Source: Nanobdellota archaeon
GTDB taxonomy: Archaea; Nanobdellota; Nanobdellia; Pacearchaeales; GW2011-AR1
Assembly (NCBI GenBank): GCA_027364705.1
Contig: DAHXOU010000029.1
Span: 1 to 55,861, forward strand
Length of the DNA: 55,861 bases
Direction of reading: 5' to 3'
Shown here: piece after piece, positions 52,268 through 55,861 of the stretch
How the letters are laid out: each line of letters starts with the position of its first letter
How positions within the stretch are numbered: the first letter of the stretch is position 1
Translations under genes and position numbers: made by a program
Notes under the pieces: generated by a model
What the model was told of the DNA's origin: nothing
Database searches by the model: none
The model's input: the letters and a program-made list of their open reading frames with translations, nothing else

Positions 52268-55075
52268 TTAATATTCGCCGGGATTTACATTCGTTAACTC
52301 TTTTGGATATTCTGTATTCAAATAACTTGAATTCAGTTTAATATCCGACGGGTAATTGATATCCCAAATTTTAATTGGTCCCCTAAGTCCGTTGTAATAT
52401 GCAAATTCACCAAGATTAACTCCTTGTCTTTTAATATCAGCAATCACTAAATCATCTTCGCTATGAGCTAATTTGATATAATCTGATTGTTCATTGAATA
52501 AATAATATCTTGCAATTCCAGAATGAATTGTTCGTGTACTTAAATAAAATGCAGCACCTTTCTCACTCACTCCTAATTGACCTTCATTGTTTTCCAGCAA
52601 CGGGAAAATAAAGATTCCTGCTTCTAATCCTGTCTTAAAGTCATACATTTTATTTTTAATATAGACATATCTCAGAGGCATTTCATACTGATTTCCGTTG
52701 TAGATAAAGAATATTGTCGGTTGCAGAGGTTCTCCATCTTTATTTTCTCTCGTCCCTATTGCTGCAACTATTGCTTTTTTTCGTGGTAATAATATTTCTC
52801 TTCCATCTTTCTCTAGAATTATATCTTCATCGACGGGTGTTCCGATTGGATATACGTAAATTGTTTCATTATTTGTTTCTCTTGTTTGAGTACTATCCAT
52901 AAATATATTTGGAATCCATGAATATCTGTCGTATTCTGCATTTGAACCAATACTTGAAAATGCAGCATATTTTCCGATATCTGTTGAATCAATTAATAAG
53001 TGTGTCCCTTCATGAGCATAGAGGAATTCAAGGGCTGCTCTTTCATCGCTCCCAGTTAATACGAGCCTTCCCATAAGATGGTTCCAGTAACCTATTGCAT
53101 TACCTCCGTCTAAAATTGTTGCTCTTTCTCCTATAGTCTGAACCCAATAACCATAATCCCACCAATGTGCAAAAACAGAATCTATAGGAGTATTATCTCT
53201 TACCCAGGACATTGCTTTCTGCCATTGTTGCGTGTAAACATTAGGGGCATAATATTCGGCCATGCCTTTGTCATTCTGATAATAACTCCAGATAGTAAAC
53301 ATAGATGCAAGCAAGATTATTATTGCAAGTATAGCTATAAACACTTTTTTTGTTTCTTCTTTTTCATGGAAATATTTCTGAGAAATTTTTACAATAAGGA
53401 ATGCAACAGCAATTGGGCTGACTGCACCTAAAACCATAACCAGTCTTATTGCCCCTCTTGCAGCAATTATCATCATCGTTAATAACATAAAATACAAAAC
53501 ATAAGAGAAATTAATTTCATCAAAAATAGATAATTTTCCTTCTTTATTTCTTTGAATATACACATATGCAAAAGCTAAAATGAACACAATTAATCCACCA
53601 ACATAAATAAGTATACTTAATCCACTTTCTCCATCGAGAATGCTATCAGCAGAATATTTACTAAATATTAATCCAAGTAGGAAAAGGACATAACTCACCG
53701 TTAAAATTATTTTTTCTTTTTTTGCAAGAGGTTTTATCATATAATTAAATAAGAACACTGCTCCAGCAAAAAATAGCCAAAAGTATAATGGTATGTTGAA
53801 AACCATCGGACCAAACTCATTTGCCCAATCACTTGTAAAATAAGGCTGTTTATTTTCTGCAACAGTTACTCCAAATCTATCTGTAGCAAGAGGTTTAATT
53901 GTATCTGAAATAACATTTTTTATCATGTCCGGGATAAATGAAACTCCAAAAATTATTGAAGTTAAAATAATGATAACAATAAAAGCAATTATAAGGGAAA
54001 TTATCTGGTGAGGAATTTTTATTTTCTTAAATTTTTCATGCAGATTGAAAATCTTTTTCTTAAAAATTAAAAGGTCAATTCCGATTATCAGGAAAACTAT
54101 AAATGACAATCCTGTAGACACAGAACTGATTAAATTAACAACATTGTATCTTGTAGAAAAAGGAATCATCATTAGTGCAGATGAAAATAACCATATTGAA
54201 TAAAAAAGGAATTTTTTAGCATCAAATTTTCCTAAAAGGAATATAAACAAAACGGCAATAGCTATAGTTATGAAAATGAAGACCACTGCTCCCCACGTTA
54301 ATCCTAATAATGCTGTTGAAATTCCTGCTAATGCCCCAAAGATTATACCTTTTGATAATTTCTCCGACGTATAAGCTTCTAAGAAGAAATAAAACGCCAT
54401 AAAAATAAAGAAGAAAGCGACTGATTCTTTTTCTGGAATTCCTGCAATTGATCTTGGAAGAAGTGAAGGAATTAAAACAAAAAATGCTGTTGCTATTAGA
54501 GCAATTATATTGGCAATTTTTTTATCTTCTTTGTAAAATATTTTCCTCGTTAATAAAAAGAAAGCAATTCCTGTAAGAACTGCCATTACAACAGGGAATA
54601 TTATTGCTGCATAAGTTACTGTTAAATCTTTATTCAGGAAAGATAATAAATTGCTTAATGTAGCTATCATATACGGGAGCAACTTCATTTCTGATGCAGT
54701 ATTTATTGAATTACATAAATCTCCTGAACAAATATTTGCTAATGGGGCAGACCTCATTGCATCAAGAACAAATAACTTTCCGTTTTCTACAATATATTTT
54801 GCCCATCTTAGGAATAAGAATGGATCAAGGTCAGGACCAAGTGTCCAGTTGTTTGTTGCAATGTCCCACAATTTTGGTTTTCCAGTAGCAGGATTTATGT
54901 GCATCGGCAGAGTTCTTATATAGACACTTACCATCAAGATTATTGACAATATTGAATAGACTACCCAATTACTTTTCTCTTTTAGAAAATGAATTATCCT
55001 CTTCTTTCTCTTTTCTATTTCTGCACTTGAGAAACTCTCTTCTTTTTTTGTTTCTATTGCACCTAGTTCTGTCAT
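52268..55075 (-). CDS. aglB: Archaeal oligosaccharyltransferase AglB (STT3 family)
   Basis: 935 aa. 13-TM N-terminal domain with GPDLDPFLFLRW (the first DxD-type loop). WWDYGYW is encoded at 53144-53164 on the minus strand. Large soluble C-terminal domain. Confidence 0.9.
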   Translation of the reverse strand: MTELGAIETKKEESFSSAEIEKRKKRIIHFLKEKSNWVVYSILSIILMVSVYIRTLPMHINPATGKPKLWDIATNNWTLGPDLDPFLFLRWAKYIVENGKLFVLDAMRSAPLANICSGDLCNSINTASEMKLLPYMIATLSNLLSFLNKDLTVTYAAIIFPVVMAVLTGIAFFLLTRKIFYKEDKKIANIIALIATAFFVLIPSLLPRSIAGIPEKESVAFFFIFMAFYFFLEAYTSEKLSKGIIFGALAGISTALLGLTWGAVVFIFITIAIAVLFIFLLGKFDAKKFLFYSIWLFSSALMMIPFSTRYNVVNLISSVSTGLSFIVFLIIGIDLLIFKKKIFNLHEKFKKIKIPHQIISLIIAFIVIIILTSIIFGVSFIPDMIKNVISDTIKPLATDRFGVTVAENKQPYFTSDWANEFGPMVFNIPLYFWLFFAGAVFLFNYMIKPLAKKEKIILTVSYVLFLLGLIFSKYSADSILDGESGLSILIYVGGLIVFILAFAYVYIQRNKEGKLSIFDEINFSYVLYFMLLTMMIIAARGAIRLVMVLGAVSPIAVAFLIVKISQKYFHEKEETKKVFIAILAIIILLASMFTIWSYYQNDKGMAEYYAPNVYTQQWQKAMSWVRDNTPIDSVFAHWWDYGYWVQTIGERATILDGGNAIGYWNHLMGRLVLTGSDERAALEFLYAHEGTHLLIDSTDIGKYAAFSSIGSNAEYDRYSWIPNIFMDSTQTRETNNETIYVYPIGTPVDEDIILEKDGREILLPRKKAIVAAIGTRENKDGEPLQPTIFFIYNGNQYEMPLRYVYIKNKMYDFKTGLEAGIFIFPLLENNEGQLGVSEKGAAFYLSTRTIHSGIARYYLFNEQSDYIKLAHSEDDLVIADIKRQGVNLGEFAYYNGLRGPIKIWDINYPSDIKLNSSYLNTEYPKELTNVNPGEY

Positions 55076-55127
55076 TATGAAAATTCTCCTGAATTTTTAT
55101 TTGTGCTGAACATTAGTTCTGTCATTA
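55064..55127 (-). repeat. 14-nt direct repeat TAATGACAGAACTA (minus-strand reading), two copies 50 nt apart
   Basis: Plus-strand TAGTTCTGTCATTA occurs at 55064-55077 and at 55114-55127. The first copy contains the aglB start codon. Confidence 0.85.
55075..55125 (-). promoter_or_regulatory. Possible 16-codon upstream ORF (MTELMFSTNKNSGEFS) ending in a TAATG overlap with the aglB start
   Basis: The ATG at 55125 shares its first four codons (ATG ACA GAA CTA) with aglB. A GGAG (plus-strand CTCC, 55086-55089) lies inside it, about 10 nt from the aglB ATG. TATA candidates: TTTAAAT at 55152-55158 and AAATAAAAAT at 55093-55102. Whether it is translated is unknown. Confidence 0.25.
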
Positions 55128-55180
55128 GTAAAAACTGGAATAAAAATTTCTATTTAAACATTTCCTTAGCGAAAAAGAGA

Positions 55181-55855
55181 TTATCCGAATATAACTGGAG
55201 TAATGAATACTTCAATTAGTGCTGCAATGATAAGAATTATTACTGCAATAAAAATAAGAATTATTACATTCAGGAGTATGTGTGTAAACTTCTTATTGCC
55301 AAAACCATTTCTGACAATTCCAATTCCAAAGATTCCGCCAGCAAGAGCAGTTATGAAATATGCTGCTATTTCAGGAAAACCATGAATCATGTAACGTAAT
55401 ATTCCTAAGGGAATTTCGGTTACATTATATTTTGTAAAAATTCCTATTGCTGCCGAGATGACACTTGCATTCCAAGCTAAAACAAATATTGCTCCCGCTC
55501 CGAAAATCAGCGAGAATATTAGTGTAAATATCATAACCCCAAAATTATTTCCTATTATAGAAAGAAATCTGGTTCCATTAGATAATGCGTTTGAAGAAAT
55601 TACATTGCTTGTAAAAGAATATTCCGAAACACAATCTTCAACCTGCCCCGGGTCATTTATATTACAGTATGTTTCTATCTGCGCATTTAATAGCGACGAA
55701 TTTTGGAGAATAGCATACCAAAATGAAAATGCTACTATAAATCCGAGGAAAAGCCACAAAAAAGCATAAATTGCATCGCCATGAGTTTTCCATACACCCC
55801 AAATTCCATCAATTTCTTCATCTTCTATCTCTTCCTGTCTGATTATAAAATACAT
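55181..55855 (-). CDS. SpoIIM-like (DUF95) integral membrane protein
   Basis: 224 aa. RYMIHGFPEIAAYFITALAGG motif and 5-6 TM helices. The start codon is 6 nt from the window edge with no upstream in-frame stop, so the 5' end may extend beyond the window. Confidence 0.6.
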   Translation of the reverse strand: MYFIIRQEEIEDEEIDGIWGVWKTHGDAIYAFLWLFLGFIVAFSFWYAILQNSSLLNAQIETYCNINDPGQVEDCVSEYSFTSNVISSNALSNGTRFLSIIGNNFGVMIFTLIFSLIFGAGAIFVLAWNASVISAAIGIFTKYNVTEIPLGILRYMIHGFPEIAAYFITALAGGIFGIGIVRNGFGNKKFTHILLNVIILIFIAVIILIIAALIEVFITPVIFG

Positions 55856-55861
55856 AAAAGG

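Noticed and set aside
1-55861. Mobile element, prophage or defence island (integrase, transposase, toxin-antitoxin, restriction-modification, CBASS)
   Set aside because: I recognise no integrase, transposase, nuclease or ATPase signatures. The Pol-beta NTase at 46414 has GlnE-like rather than cGAS/DncV-like context and no effector-type neighbour. Composition appears uniform across the window apart from nt 1-70.
1-55861. Alternative genetic code or stop-codon reassignment
   Set aside because: All 48 genes are intact long ORFs under the standard code, with TAA, TGA and TAG each used as terminators at sensible domain ends.

Overview
This is a strongly A+T-rich archaeal chromosome segment (roughly 30% G+C by eye, not computed). 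About 97% is coding, with 48 credible protein genes in about 19 transcription units that alternate strand. Archaeal origin is supported by four things: secF-before-secD gene order, an STT3/AglB oligosaccharyltransferase with a WWDYGYW motif, TTTAAA/TTTATA boxes about 25 nt upstream of start codons, and a tRNA 3' end with no encoded CCA. The lineage cannot be fixed from sequence alone; a DPANN-like or other low-G+C uncultivated archaeon is plausible.

Layout: (i) positions 1-70 hold a probable truncated tRNA 3' end plus degenerate copies of it. (ii) 90-2515 is secF-secD. (iii) About 3.0-55.1 kb is one contiguous cell-surface glycan / protein-glycosylation island. (iv) 55181-55855 is a SpoIIM-like membrane protein.

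The island starts with a Wzx/MOP flippase. It ends with a Dol-P glycosyltransferase (GT2), a flippase-like protein, a GlcNAc-1-P-transferase-like GPT and aglB.

The island is unusual in several ways:
- It carries 12 radical SAM enzymes: 6 of the B12-binding class and 6 SPASM/twitch-like.
- It has 4 GT9 (heptosyltransferase-family) domains, each adjacent to a radical SAM gene.
- It encodes a bacterial-type ADP-heptose pathway (gmhB plus separate hldA and hldC).
- It has two thiamine-diphosphate C-C-bond-forming systems.
- It has an Old-Yellow-Enzyme barrel with a terminal Fe-S motif, three SDR epimerase/dehydratases and two fusion enzymes (NTP-transferase-GT4 and GT9-GT2).
- It has a nucleotidyltransferase/phosphodiesterase sub-operon.

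I saw no rRNA, CRISPR array, transposase, integrase or recognisable defence genes. All functional calls come from motif recognition by eye. No database search was run.
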